Part shown: positions 38,386 to 47,096 of the stretch, piece by piece
Numbering within the stretch: position 1 is the stretch's first letter
Layout of the letters: every line of letters starts with the position of its first letter
Assembly (NCBI GenBank): GCA_945907765.1
Contig: CAMDTO010000003.1
Location: 15,813 to 79,812, forward strand
Direction of reading: 5' to 3'
DNA: 64,000 nucleotides
Source: Thermoflexus hugenholtzii JAD2
GTDB taxonomy: Bacteria > Chloroflexota > UBA11872 > UBA12225
Translations under genes and position numbers: made by a program
Notes under the pieces: generated by a model
The model's database searches: none
What the model saw: only the letters and a program-made list of their open reading frames with translations
What the model was told of the DNA's origin: nothing

Positions 38386-39351
38386 TTATTCGACCAAACC
38401 TGTCCGGTCGATCGACTCAACGAAGAACCGTTGGGTGAACAGGTAAATCGAAAGTGGCGGCAGGATCACGAGGAACACCGCAGCCATTACGAGTGCCTCG
38501 TTGAACAGGTCACTTGCCTGCCCACCGGTCGCAGTATCCAGCGACGGAGACAAGACCGAGAGACGCATCGGCAACGTGAAGTACTCCATGCGGTTCAGGT
38601 AGATGAATGGCTCAAAGAAGTCATTCCAATGCCACACCACACTGAAGAGGAACACCACCACGACCGCAGGCATCGCCAAGGGCACCATGATGCGCCACCA
38701 AGTCGCGAAGGCGCTGGCACCGTCGATGCGAGCGGCCTCTTCAAGTTCCCAGGGCAGCGTCTTGAAGAACTGGCGGAAGACGACGACAAAGAGTGCGCCC
38801 TTCAATCCGTGACCAAAGAAACTCGGCACGACAAAGGGCTGATAGGTGTTGATCCACCCGAGGTTCTTGTACAGGATGAACAGCGGAACGATGATCGTCT
38901 GCGGGGGAACAAGGAAGGTGAAGAGCACTAAGGCAAAGAGTGCGTCGCGCCCGGGGAAGCGCACCCGCGCAAATCCGTATCCGACGAATGCGCAACTCAC
39001 CGTCTGCCCGAGTGCCGACCCCAGGGAGATATAAAGACTATTGCTAAGGGACTTCACGTAGGCCATGGAAAAGAATGCCAGCGGATAGTTGATCCAGAAA
39101 AACCCGCTGGGAATCCACACAATCGTCGGGTCCGTCAGATCCTGCGAAGTCTTCAGCGACGTCGCCATGATGTAGAAGATCGGGACCAGGAAGACGAACG
39201 CAATGTCGATCAGCACGATGTAGGTGAATGCGCGTTGGAGGAACGTGATCGAACGTCGACGAACGACCTGCCCATCACGCCACCACTTCGGGCGCTCAAC
39301 AAGGAATGATGTCGAGGATGCCGCGATGCTAGCCATTGCGATCTCCCGCAT
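38386..39351 (-). CDS. Carbohydrate ABC transporter permease (MalG-like), distal pair
   Basis: EAA loop LEEAARIDGASAFATWWRIMVPLAMP, then WHWNDFFEPFIYL. Overlaps the upstream permease gene by 23 nt. Confidence 0.85.
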   Translation of the reverse strand: MREIAMASIAASSTSFLVERPKWWRDGQVVRRRSITFLQRAFTYIVLIDIAFVFLVPIFYIMATSLKTSQDLTDPTIVWIPSGFFWINYPLAFFSMAYVKSLSNSLYISLGSALGQTVSCAFVGYGFARVRFPGRDALFALVLFTFLVPPQTIIVPLFILYKNLGWINTYQPFVVPSFFGHGLKGALFVVVFRQFFKTLPWELEEAARIDGASAFATWWRIMVPLAMPAVVVVFLFSVVWHWNDFFEPFIYLNRMEYFTLPMRLSVLSPSLDTATGGQASDLFNEALVMAAVFLVILPPLSIYLFTQRFFVESIDRTGLVE

Positions 39352-40264
39352 AGAAGACGTACTGGTTGGTGATCCTTACGACCACGAACAGGATGACGAA
39401 GACGACCGCGAAGTAGACCCACCCAAGTGAGGCGGCGTAGCCCAGGCGGAACCCACCGGCGAACGCCGTCTGCTGAATGTACTCGAGAACTTCATTGAAG
39501 GTGTCGGTGAAACTGTCCACAATGGTGTAGACCAGATTCACCAGGATGACCGGCGAAAGCAACGGCAGCGTCACCTTCCAGAAACGGTCCCAGTCTGTCG
39601 CGCCATCCACTCGGGCCGCCTCGTACAAGACAGGCGACACGCTATTCAGGCCCGCAAGGAAAATAAGCATCTGCACGCCGGTCTTCCAGAGCACAAAGAG
39701 CAACCGGTTCAGTAGGTCCGAGACGCCAGCAGCGGCATCCGGGCCGATGTACTGGTAGACGAGCTCTTGAACGTCAATCCCCTGGCTGAGGGTTGCGCCG
39801 CCGACGCCCTGCGCGAAAAGCTGCTTGATCACCTGGGCCGAACCGATCACGAGTGGCAGGAAGAACACGGCCCTGAAACCGATCACCCCCTTGATCTTCT
39901 GGTTGGCGAGAATTGCCGAGAAGAGTGAGAAGATCATGATGACCGGCACATCAAGCAGGTTGTTCTTCAACGTTGCCAGCAACTTCGGTACGAAGCGCGC
40001 ATCGATGAAGAAGGCCTCCTTGTAATTGTCGATTCCCTTCCACTTGAGATCGGTCAGGCTTGTTGCCTGCAACTCGTGGAAACTGAGGAAGAAGCTCTGG
40101 AACAGGGGCCATGCAAGAAAGACCAGGAACCCGACAATCCACGGACTGACGAAAAAGTAGCCTTCAAGCATGCGCTGCGTTGTCAGCGAAAGGCGACGAC
40201 GACGCACCGGTGTGGTCGCCCGTGCCACCGCCAAGTCGTCATCGCGCGAAACTGCAATCTTCAT
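39329..40264 (-). CDS. Sugar ABC transporter permease (MalF-like), distal pair
   Basis: EAA loop LYEAARVDGATDWDRFWKVTLPLLSP. Six hydrophobic spans. Starts 3 nt after the stop of the preceding gene. Confidence 0.85.
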   Translation of the reverse strand: MKIAVSRDDDLAVARATTPVRRRRLSLTTQRMLEGYFFVSPWIVGFLVFLAWPLFQSFFLSFHELQATSLTDLKWKGIDNYKEAFFIDARFVPKLLATLKNNLLDVPVIMIFSLFSAILANQKIKGVIGFRAVFFLPLVIGSAQVIKQLFAQGVGGATLSQGIDVQELVYQYIGPDAAAGVSDLLNRLLFVLWKTGVQMLIFLAGLNSVSPVLYEAARVDGATDWDRFWKVTLPLLSPVILVNLVYTIVDSFTDTFNEVLEYIQQTAFAGGFRLGYAASLGWVYFAVVFVILFVVVRITNQYVFYAGDRNG

Positions 40265-40267
40265 TGC

Positions 40268-42625
40268 CTACCTGCCCTTGCGTTCAAGCGCGTAGCCGTA
40301 CCCACGAATTTCCGCCCCTTCGGGGGTCCGTCGTGAATCAGGGTTGTAGTTGACATAGAGCCGGGTGCCGTCGGCATAGGTGACCCGATTGAAATTGCGC
40401 TGCACTATCTCGTGGTTCATGATCGCCTGACCCGAGAGGAACCCGAAGGTCTCGCGCATCGCCTTATACTCCTGAACCGCAGGATCGATCCAATCTTCAT
40501 ACTGGCTTGAGTACAGCAAGTTGTAGTCGGTCCGGATCAAGTCCGATGAGGGTGCGTACGTCAGCTGGTAAACCGGCTGCATTCCCCACTCGTACTGCCT
40601 GAGCAGCTCGGTCTTGGGGTCATTGCGCAGGTTTGCCCGGATCGTGTGGCGCACCACCAGACCTTGCGTCGCGATGTGATAGACCGGAACCGTGGCATCG
40701 CCAAACGCGTCGAGCGAAGTAACCGGTGCGTCATACACACGGTCCGTGTGACCAAGGACATACGAATTCGCACCCTGAACCATGGCCCCGCCGAGGGTCT
40801 CACGTTCGCGGTCAGCCATCTTCATCCACGTTTCAGCCACTTGACCACGTGATAGCGGGTAGCGGTCGTTCGTGTCAGACATGACCATGTTGCCCATCTG
40901 GCGAAGGACAACGCCGTCAATCCCCATGGCCTTGTGGGTTGGCAGGTCACGCTCGAGGTAGTTGTCCCGGGCAATGATCGGGTTCAGCAGATAGATGCCA
41001 CCAGACCCCTGGAAGACTGGAAGCTTGTTGACACCGCGAACGGTGTCCCAACGTGAGTTGAAGCCGTAGCTCCAGTTGGGCCAGATGTTCCGCAGTCCGG
41101 GGATCTGCCCGATGATGCCTCCGGACGAGAATGTGTAGCCGAACATGTAGTCATCTTCGAAAAAGACCTTGACGCCAAGACGCTTTGCTTCCTGAACCAG
41201 GTTGCGCAGCCGGTCATCCCCACCCAAGGAGCTTTCGGACGGATAGCGCCTTGGCCATCGGCCACGGAAGCCGTCATCAGCCCACCCGATCAGGTGGACG
41301 TCAAACTCCTTTACACCCTTGTTGATGAACTCACCGATGATCGTCAGCGCCTGGTCGAACGTGGTCATGGGCACGAAGTCCTCGCGGAACGAGGTACGCC
41401 TCGTGATCCCCATGAAAAGGTCCAACAAAGGTCGAGGTGGTTCAGCCGCAAGAGGCTTGAGACCCTTCACAAGCATCAGGTAGTCTCGGTATGCCCGGCC
41501 CATGCCAGCGTAGTTTGAGTCATCGCCGGTCAGCAGGACATACCGGACCTGCCGATCACCGGAGAGACGATCTTCCTCAATCTTGTTCACGAAGACACTA
41601 CGACGCCGAGGAATGCTTGCCTGGCGCCGGAAGATGAACTCGGCCGACCCGCGATTGGCATTCATGATGTATCCAGCAAGATAGGCGTTGACGTTCGCCT
41701 GGAACTCACCTTGGGTAACGATCCCGGCGTACGCTCCGTCTTCCTGCTTCAAGCCCCAGATCGGCATCGTCGGCCGCGTAATTGAGTTCCCACCCCGCCC
41801 ACCGCCGCCAATGGTAAAGAGGTTTGCCGCCGCATCTGGCCCGAAGATCTGGGCGGAATAGCGTTGCCGGTATTGGGGGTACTCGGGCTTGAATTCGACG
41901 ATTGCCCCCGCACCATCGGGGACCATCACATAGCCCTTCTGACCTGCACGTGCCGCGCCGAACAAAGGCAGGACCTCAAGGGTCACGATCTTGAAGCACG
42001 TCGGGCTTGTGACAAGCTTGCAGTCCCCGTATTCCTGGATGCCCTTGTCCGGAACCGTCACCTCGAGGAACGGGACGACCCGCCCGTCCAAGGCCTTCTC
42101 CTCGCGGATGACGTACTCCATCGTGAAGCGCATCTTGAACTTGTCGATGTCATACGTAGCGCGGAACCCGCCGGGGATATTGACCGCGGAAATCTTCGGC
42201 TTCTCAGTATTCCAGGTGAGGAGATTCGTCATCTGGCGCTTGGCGTTGGTTGCACTCAATAGGAAGAGCGCGTCCTCCTGCGAGGCCTTCTGCGCCCCCA
42301 ACTGCTCGAAGGGGTTGCTTGCCCACATCTTCCCGCTTCGGCGGTCTTCAACCACGAGCCGCGAATCCGTGAAGTTGGCATGAAGACGCAGTGTCGGTGT
42401 CTCGGCAACCATCGTGAAGCCGTCGGGTAGGGAAGCCTGGTCCACAATCGGCATCGGCGCCAGACCCGCATCAGCCAAGGCGGCTGGAACCTGGGGCGTT
42501 ACCAACGCAATGGATGCCAGGCCGATGGCCATGCGGACCGTCACCATCGAGGCACGCCGGTACCAACCGCCCATCTGCATCGTGCCGAACATCCTCATCA
42601 TTGATCGCCCCTCAACGTGCCGCAT
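40268..42625 (-). CDS. Secreted 785-aa protein, DUF5696-like putative glycoside-hydrolase-type enzyme
   Basis: Signal-like N-terminus (AIGLASIALVTPQVPAALA). The central/C-terminal region has a TIM-barrel-like feel (FDVHLIGWADDGFRGRWPRRYP...RLGVKVFFEDDYMFGY...GIDGVVLRQMGN). The family assignment is recollection only, not a search result. Confidence 0.55.
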   Translation of the reverse strand: MRHVEGRSMMRMFGTMQMGGWYRRASMVTVRMAIGLASIALVTPQVPAALADAGLAPMPIVDQASLPDGFTMVAETPTLRLHANFTDSRLVVEDRRSGKMWASNPFEQLGAQKASQEDALFLLSATNAKRQMTNLLTWNTEKPKISAVNIPGGFRATYDIDKFKMRFTMEYVIREEKALDGRVVPFLEVTVPDKGIQEYGDCKLVTSPTCFKIVTLEVLPLFGAARAGQKGYVMVPDGAGAIVEFKPEYPQYRQRYSAQIFGPDAAANLFTIGGGGRGGNSITRPTMPIWGLKQEDGAYAGIVTQGEFQANVNAYLAGYIMNANRGSAEFIFRRQASIPRRRSVFVNKIEEDRLSGDRQVRYVLLTGDDSNYAGMGRAYRDYLMLVKGLKPLAAEPPRPLLDLFMGITRRTSFREDFVPMTTFDQALTIIGEFINKGVKEFDVHLIGWADDGFRGRWPRRYPSESSLGGDDRLRNLVQEAKRLGVKVFFEDDYMFGYTFSSGGIIGQIPGLRNIWPNWSYGFNSRWDTVRGVNKLPVFQGSGGIYLLNPIIARDNYLERDLPTHKAMGIDGVVLRQMGNMVMSDTNDRYPLSRGQVAETWMKMADRERETLGGAMVQGANSYVLGHTDRVYDAPVTSLDAFGDATVPVYHIATQGLVVRHTIRANLRNDPKTELLRQYEWGMQPVYQLTYAPSSDLIRTDYNLLYSSQYEDWIDPAVQEYKAMRETFGFLSGQAIMNHEIVQRNFNRVTYADGTRLYVNYNPDSRRTPEGAEIRGYGYALERKGR

Positions 42626-42650
42626 GATCCGTGTCCTCGCCCGCCATTCC

Positions 42651-43580
42651 CTACCGGGTGGTCAGTTCATAGAACACTTGGTAGAAAAACTCGTAGGTAT
42701 TGCTTGAAAGGGCAAAGATCAGCGCCGCCAACGCCCAGATGAGGATGACTGTCACCGCGCCTATTCCGTATGTCGCCAGTGTCCGGCCCGTGCCGAAGTC
42801 ATGGATAACCCGAATGTGCGTATAGAATAGGTATGCCACCCAAAGCCTCGTTGCCCAACTGATGGTCATGAAGAGTGATCGCTCACTTAGGGTCATGGAG
42901 TTGGTCAGCACGAATGTCGCGACCGGTGCGATGACGATATACGGTCCAAAACTGAAGGCCGCGCTGACGCAGATGTCACGGAACGAACCCTCGCCAAAGA
43001 AGATCATCGCGATCGCGTAGTGCGCGAGGCTCCAGGTGACGAACGGAATGATGATCCGCACCCCTTCCTGAAGGATTGAGGTGTCCTCAGGATTACCTCC
43101 GTACAGGAATTGGGTCATGCCAAATGTCACGGTGCGGCTTATCTGTTCCATGACGGCCTCGACCGACCACACCGTGTTGTCGATCGCGAAGAACACGAAA
43201 TGGAATCCCATGACGGCCATGACCAGACCGCGCGCGGCGATCAGGAGTGCAACTGCAAAGAGGACTGATGACCAGTCACCGCTCCGCTTGAGTTCCCAGA
43301 AACCTTCCTCGGGATGCATTGCCACGAAAAGTAACTGTCGGAACCACTTGGTGCTATACCACTGGGCGTCTTCGACAAACCGGCGCCATCCCGTCGCCTC
43401 GGTCCTACGGGCTGCCCGAGGGGCCGTCGCAAACCGGCGCGGAAAGTACGGGGCGCGGGGCCTTCCGGAGACAGCTGCGACATCGACGGTCTTCTCGACC
43501 GCCAACCCTTCCATCAACGCGGCGCCACCGGATTCACCAGCCAACGATCCGCCAGGCAATGGGACTGTCGTTCCACTCAT
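42651..43580 (-). CDS. Yip1-domain-like polytopic membrane protein
   Basis: ~90-aa soluble N-terminus, then FVAMHPEEGFWELKRSGDWSS and five hydrophobic spans, which is the Yip1/YIP1-family architecture. Its start codon shares 1 nt with the preceding gene's stop. Confidence 0.6.
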   Translation of the reverse strand: MSGTTVPLPGGSLAGESGGAALMEGLAVEKTVDVAAVSGRPRAPYFPRRFATAPRAARRTEATGWRRFVEDAQWYSTKWFRQLLFVAMHPEEGFWELKRSGDWSSVLFAVALLIAARGLVMAVMGFHFVFFAIDNTVWSVEAVMEQISRTVTFGMTQFLYGGNPEDTSILQEGVRIIIPFVTWSLAHYAIAMIFFGEGSFRDICVSAAFSFGPYIVIAPVATFVLTNSMTLSERSLFMTISWATRLWVAYLFYTHIRVIHDFGTGRTLATYGIGAVTVILIWALAALIFALSSNTYEFFYQVFYELTTR

Positions 43581-45079
43581 TAGAGGCCTCCGCGGTCGTC
43601 GAAACGCATTGCCATCAGCGCGCGCCCAATCCGGCGTGCACCCCAGACAACCAACGCAATCCCGGCGATCGATGCAGGCAGGACCAGCCCGAATTCCTCG
43701 CGGACGAAGTCGTGACGAAGCTCTCCAAACGCCAGCGACCAGCCCGCGTTGTTCCGCGCAACCGTGTACTCCTCCATCGCCTTGAGGTACTCGCCACGCT
43801 TGAAGAAGGCCTTCGCCAGTCCGGTATGCGCGAGTTCGAAATTGCTGTCCCGACGGAGGACCTCACGCCAGATCACTTCGGCCTCGGCGTACTTGCCGTC
43901 GAAGAAGAGGCGGCTGCCCTTGTGAAGGAGTTCGGCAAACTCGGTTGGTCGGAATACCTGCACGTTGTTCCGATTTGCATCGAGCACGTAGAGGCGTCCC
44001 TCGTTCCCGACGGCAAGGCTCTGGGGCAACTCGAACTTGCCTCGCTGTGAGCCACGCCCACCGAAGATCGCAAGCAGGTTTGCCGACTGGTCGTACTGGT
44101 ATATCCGGCCACTGTTGAAGTCGAGTGCCGAGACAATCCCCTGACTGTCAACGGTCACATCGACGAACTGCGGTTTGATTGTCTGATTCCCGCGACGTTC
44201 GATCTCACCATACGCCTTTTTGCCCGACGTGTAGACGTCGTTGCCGATCGAGTTCAGCTTCTTGATTTGGTCGACATCACCAAGGGGTGAGACCGTGTAG
44301 ATGAAGCCTCGTTCATCCACGAACAGGTTGGCATGGTGTGTTGGCAATATCTTTGAGATCTGCTTCTTCTGCTGATCGGTCGTGAACATCCGGATAAGCA
44401 GGCGTCCGAGGTCGAACACGAGACGGTTCGCACCAAAGAAGCCCCGGAACGTCCCTTCACTGTCCAGCAGGAAGATCCCCCGGAAGTCGCCACCACCATT
44501 CAAGACGTACAGGTATCCGCGGCGGTCAATCACAACCTTGTTGGGCTGGTAGACCTGATCATCCTCGAGGAGGCGTGAGGTTGGCTTGCCAAACTGCTTG
44601 ATGAACTCTCCGCTCGCCGTGTACGCAACCAACCGGCTATTGCCCCGGTCAGCAACCCAGATCTCCCCTGGCGCGGTGATGAACACACCCTCTGGAGCAT
44701 TCAATTTGCCGGGACCCTCGGCACTGCCGATGGTCAGCATGTAGGTGCCGTCAGGTGCGAACTTGAGGACGCGATTGTTACCCGTGTCTGATATCCAGAC
44801 ATTGCCGGCATTGTCGATATAGATGTCAGCCGGGTTCTTGAAAGTCCCGCACTTCTGGTACATCCCGTCGATCTCGAAGTCGTAGATGTAAGGAAGTGGC
44901 GAGGCAAGCGTCCGCGCATCCTTGTCGAGCGTCCAGGAATACTCCCGGTCCGCCGACGCAACGGGCACCCCGCCCGGAAGCAGCCCGACCACGAACGCTG
45001 CGACCAGCACCAATGCCGTCGCGAACGTGACAAGACGCGCCAACCTCGTGCGCCGACGCGACTTGAACTGCTTACTCAC
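43580..45079 (-). CDS. NHL-repeat beta-propeller + TPR protein with N- and C-terminal hydrophobic anchors
   Basis: N-terminal TM (LVTFATALVLVAAFVVGLL). NHL-like repeats (GNVWISDTGNNRVLKFAPDG; EIWVADRGNSRLVAYTASGEF; RLYVLDANRNNVQVF). TPR-like FDGKYAEAEVIWREVLRRDSNFELAHTGLAKAFFKRGEYLKAMEEY. C-terminal TM (LVLPASIAGIALVVWGA). Confidence 0.7.
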   Translation of the reverse strand: MSKQFKSRRRTRLARLVTFATALVLVAAFVVGLLPGGVPVASADREYSWTLDKDARTLASPLPYIYDFEIDGMYQKCGTFKNPADIYIDNAGNVWISDTGNNRVLKFAPDGTYMLTIGSAEGPGKLNAPEGVFITAPGEIWVADRGNSRLVAYTASGEFIKQFGKPTSRLLEDDQVYQPNKVVIDRRGYLYVLNGGGDFRGIFLLDSEGTFRGFFGANRLVFDLGRLLIRMFTTDQQKKQISKILPTHHANLFVDERGFIYTVSPLGDVDQIKKLNSIGNDVYTSGKKAYGEIERRGNQTIKPQFVDVTVDSQGIVSALDFNSGRIYQYDQSANLLAIFGGRGSQRGKFELPQSLAVGNEGRLYVLDANRNNVQVFRPTEFAELLHKGSRLFFDGKYAEAEVIWREVLRRDSNFELAHTGLAKAFFKRGEYLKAMEEYTVARNNAGWSLAFGELRHDFVREEFGLVLPASIAGIALVVWGARRIGRALMAMRFDDRGGL

Positions 45080-45984
45080 GACTTGATTCCCGAATGTGCC
45101 ATCGTCTGGATGACCTTGGCCTGCCGAAGCAGGAAGACAGTGATGGTCGGCGCAGTCATCAGGAATGCTGCGGCCGCCTGCGCACCCTGGCGTGCAATCG
45201 CCGCCGGACCATTTGTCAGGCTGATCATTGCGACGCTGACCGTCTTCATTGCCTCGCTGCGCGTGAACACCAACGGGCTGAAGCTGTCATTCCACAACTG
45301 GATGAAGCCGAAGATTAGCAGGGTGTTCCATGCAGGAGCGACATTCGGCATGACGATCTTCCAGAAAATCGTCCACTCATGCGCACCATCGACACGTGCC
45401 GCCTCGATCAGCTCATTCGGAACCGCGTTGTCCATGAACTGCTTCATCATGAACAGCCCGTAGCTCCATGCGAGGGCCGGCAGGATCAGCGCCCCATAAG
45501 TATCAATCAGGCCGATCTTCTGGACCACGAGGTATTGCGGAATACGCGTCACCTGCGGGGCAAACATCAGGGCCGCGACGATCATTCCGAAGATGAAGTT
45601 GCGACCCGGCAGGACCCTCGCCTTGGAGAGCGGATACGCACACATCGAGCACATCATCACTTGGAGAAGCACGGTCGTCAGCACCACGAAGATACTGTTG
45701 AACAGGTACCGCGTGAACGGCACTGCCAAGGCATTCGTGGCAAGCAACAGGTCCTGGAAATTGTCCAGGGTCGGACGCCGAACCAGGAACGGTGGCGGGA
45801 AGAGCAGGAGCTCCTCGAGCGGCTTGAACGCCGTCGAAATGACGTACACGATTGGCAGCATCGAGAAGACCGCCATCGGGATCAGGAACAGGTACGAAGG
45901 CGCGGGTGTCTGCTTCCGTAGAAACCGCAAGACCTTCGATACCGAAAAGTCAACGGTTTGAGGTCGTTGCACGAGTACGGCCAT
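45076..45984 (-). CDS. Carbohydrate ABC transporter permease (MalG/LplC-like), proximal pair
   Basis: EAA loop LIEAARVDGAHEWTIFWKIVMPNVAP, then LWNDSFSPLVF. 4-nt overlap with the NHL/TPR gene. Confidence 0.85.
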   Translation of the reverse strand: MAVLVQRPQTVDFSVSKVLRFLRKQTPAPSYLFLIPMAVFSMLPIVYVISTAFKPLEELLLFPPPFLVRRPTLDNFQDLLLATNALAVPFTRYLFNSIFVVLTTVLLQVMMCSMCAYPLSKARVLPGRNFIFGMIVAALMFAPQVTRIPQYLVVQKIGLIDTYGALILPALAWSYGLFMMKQFMDNAVPNELIEAARVDGAHEWTIFWKIVMPNVAPAWNTLLIFGFIQLWNDSFSPLVFTRSEAMKTVSVAMISLTNGPAAIARQGAQAAAAFLMTAPTITVFLLRQAKVIQTMAHSGIKS

Positions 45985-46053
45985 GGCTCGCTCTCCAAAT
46001 CAATGGGTCAGACCGGTACCAGTTGGCACCGGACACCCACTTCCGACGGCTGA

Positions 46054-47007
46054 TCAGTATTCGTTCTTCGAAGAAAACATGCGCATGAGCAGTCGGCCAA
46101 GGCCGAATGTAAGAAGGAACAGGAAGACTGCAACCGTGGTTGCGTACCCCATCTCAAACCGGATGAACGCAAAGTCGTACATATGCGCCACAATGGTGTG
46201 GCCGGCATACAACGGGCTGGGTAAGCCGGCAAGTGATGTCGCAACTTCGAAGACTGAGAACCCGGCCACCACGGCCATGACACTGCCGAAGAGCAACTGC
46301 GGCTTGATCATCGGCAGGGTGATGTACCAGACCTCCTGAAGTGGGTTCTTGATCCCGTCCATCTTTCCGGCCTCATAGAGGTCCGAGGGAACAGTCTGCA
46401 ACCCAGCAAGGAACACAAGGAATCCAGTTCCCATGCTCATCCAGAGCGCCACGAACATGATGACGGGCATGATGGCCGCCTGTTCGGCAAGGAACTGGTA
46501 GGGCTCATCAATCACCCCGATCCCAAGAAGCCAGTTGTTCAGGTACCCGTACCGGTCCCCGGAGAACACGATCTTCCAGACGACGCCCATTGCCACCGCA
46601 CCCGTGATTGACGGCGCGTAGAAGCACAGCGCGAGAGGCGTCTTCAACTTCAACGGGTTGATGAGCCAGGCGAACATGAATGATAGGAAGAACCCGACTG
46701 GGCCGGTAATGATCGCGAACGTCAGGGTGTTCGCGATGGCGATGATGAACACATCGTCCTCAAGGAACAGCAACTTGTAGTTGCTCCACCCAATGAACCG
46801 CGGAGCCTCAAGTACATTGAAGTAGGTGAAACTCAGGTACACCGCGGTCAGGACCGGGGCCACCACGAAGACGGCGAAGAAGATCAGGAACGGTGCCATG
46901 AACAGGTACGACGTCCCGAATTTCTGCCAGAACAGCGCCAATCCTTCCGGACGTGCGGCCGTGGAGACCATCCCGCGCGATGTCATCACCTCAGTGCGAA
47001 CCGCCAT
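46054..47007 (-). CDS. Sugar ABC transporter permease (MalF/LplB-like), proximal pair
   Basis: EAA-like loop LYEAGKMDGIKNPLQEVWYITLPMIKP. Six hydrophobic spans. SD GGGGGGAAACGG lies before the ATG. Confidence 0.85.
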   Translation of the reverse strand: MAVRTEVMTSRGMVSTAARPEGLALFWQKFGTSYLFMAPFLIFFAVFVVAPVLTAVYLSFTYFNVLEAPRFIGWSNYKLLFLEDDVFIIAIANTLTFAIITGPVGFFLSFMFAWLINPLKLKTPLALCFYAPSITGAVAMGVVWKIVFSGDRYGYLNNWLLGIGVIDEPYQFLAEQAAIMPVIMFVALWMSMGTGFLVFLAGLQTVPSDLYEAGKMDGIKNPLQEVWYITLPMIKPQLLFGSVMAVVAGFSVFEVATSLAGLPSPLYAGHTIVAHMYDFAFIRFEMGYATTVAVFLFLLTFGLGRLLMRMFSSKNEY

Positions 47008-47096
47008 GCCGTTTCCCCCCTGTTCGAACCACTGGAATGCTTCCGTAGCCCGGAACCACCGTTCCGGGCAGACCTACTGCGACCGCAAGTCGTTCG

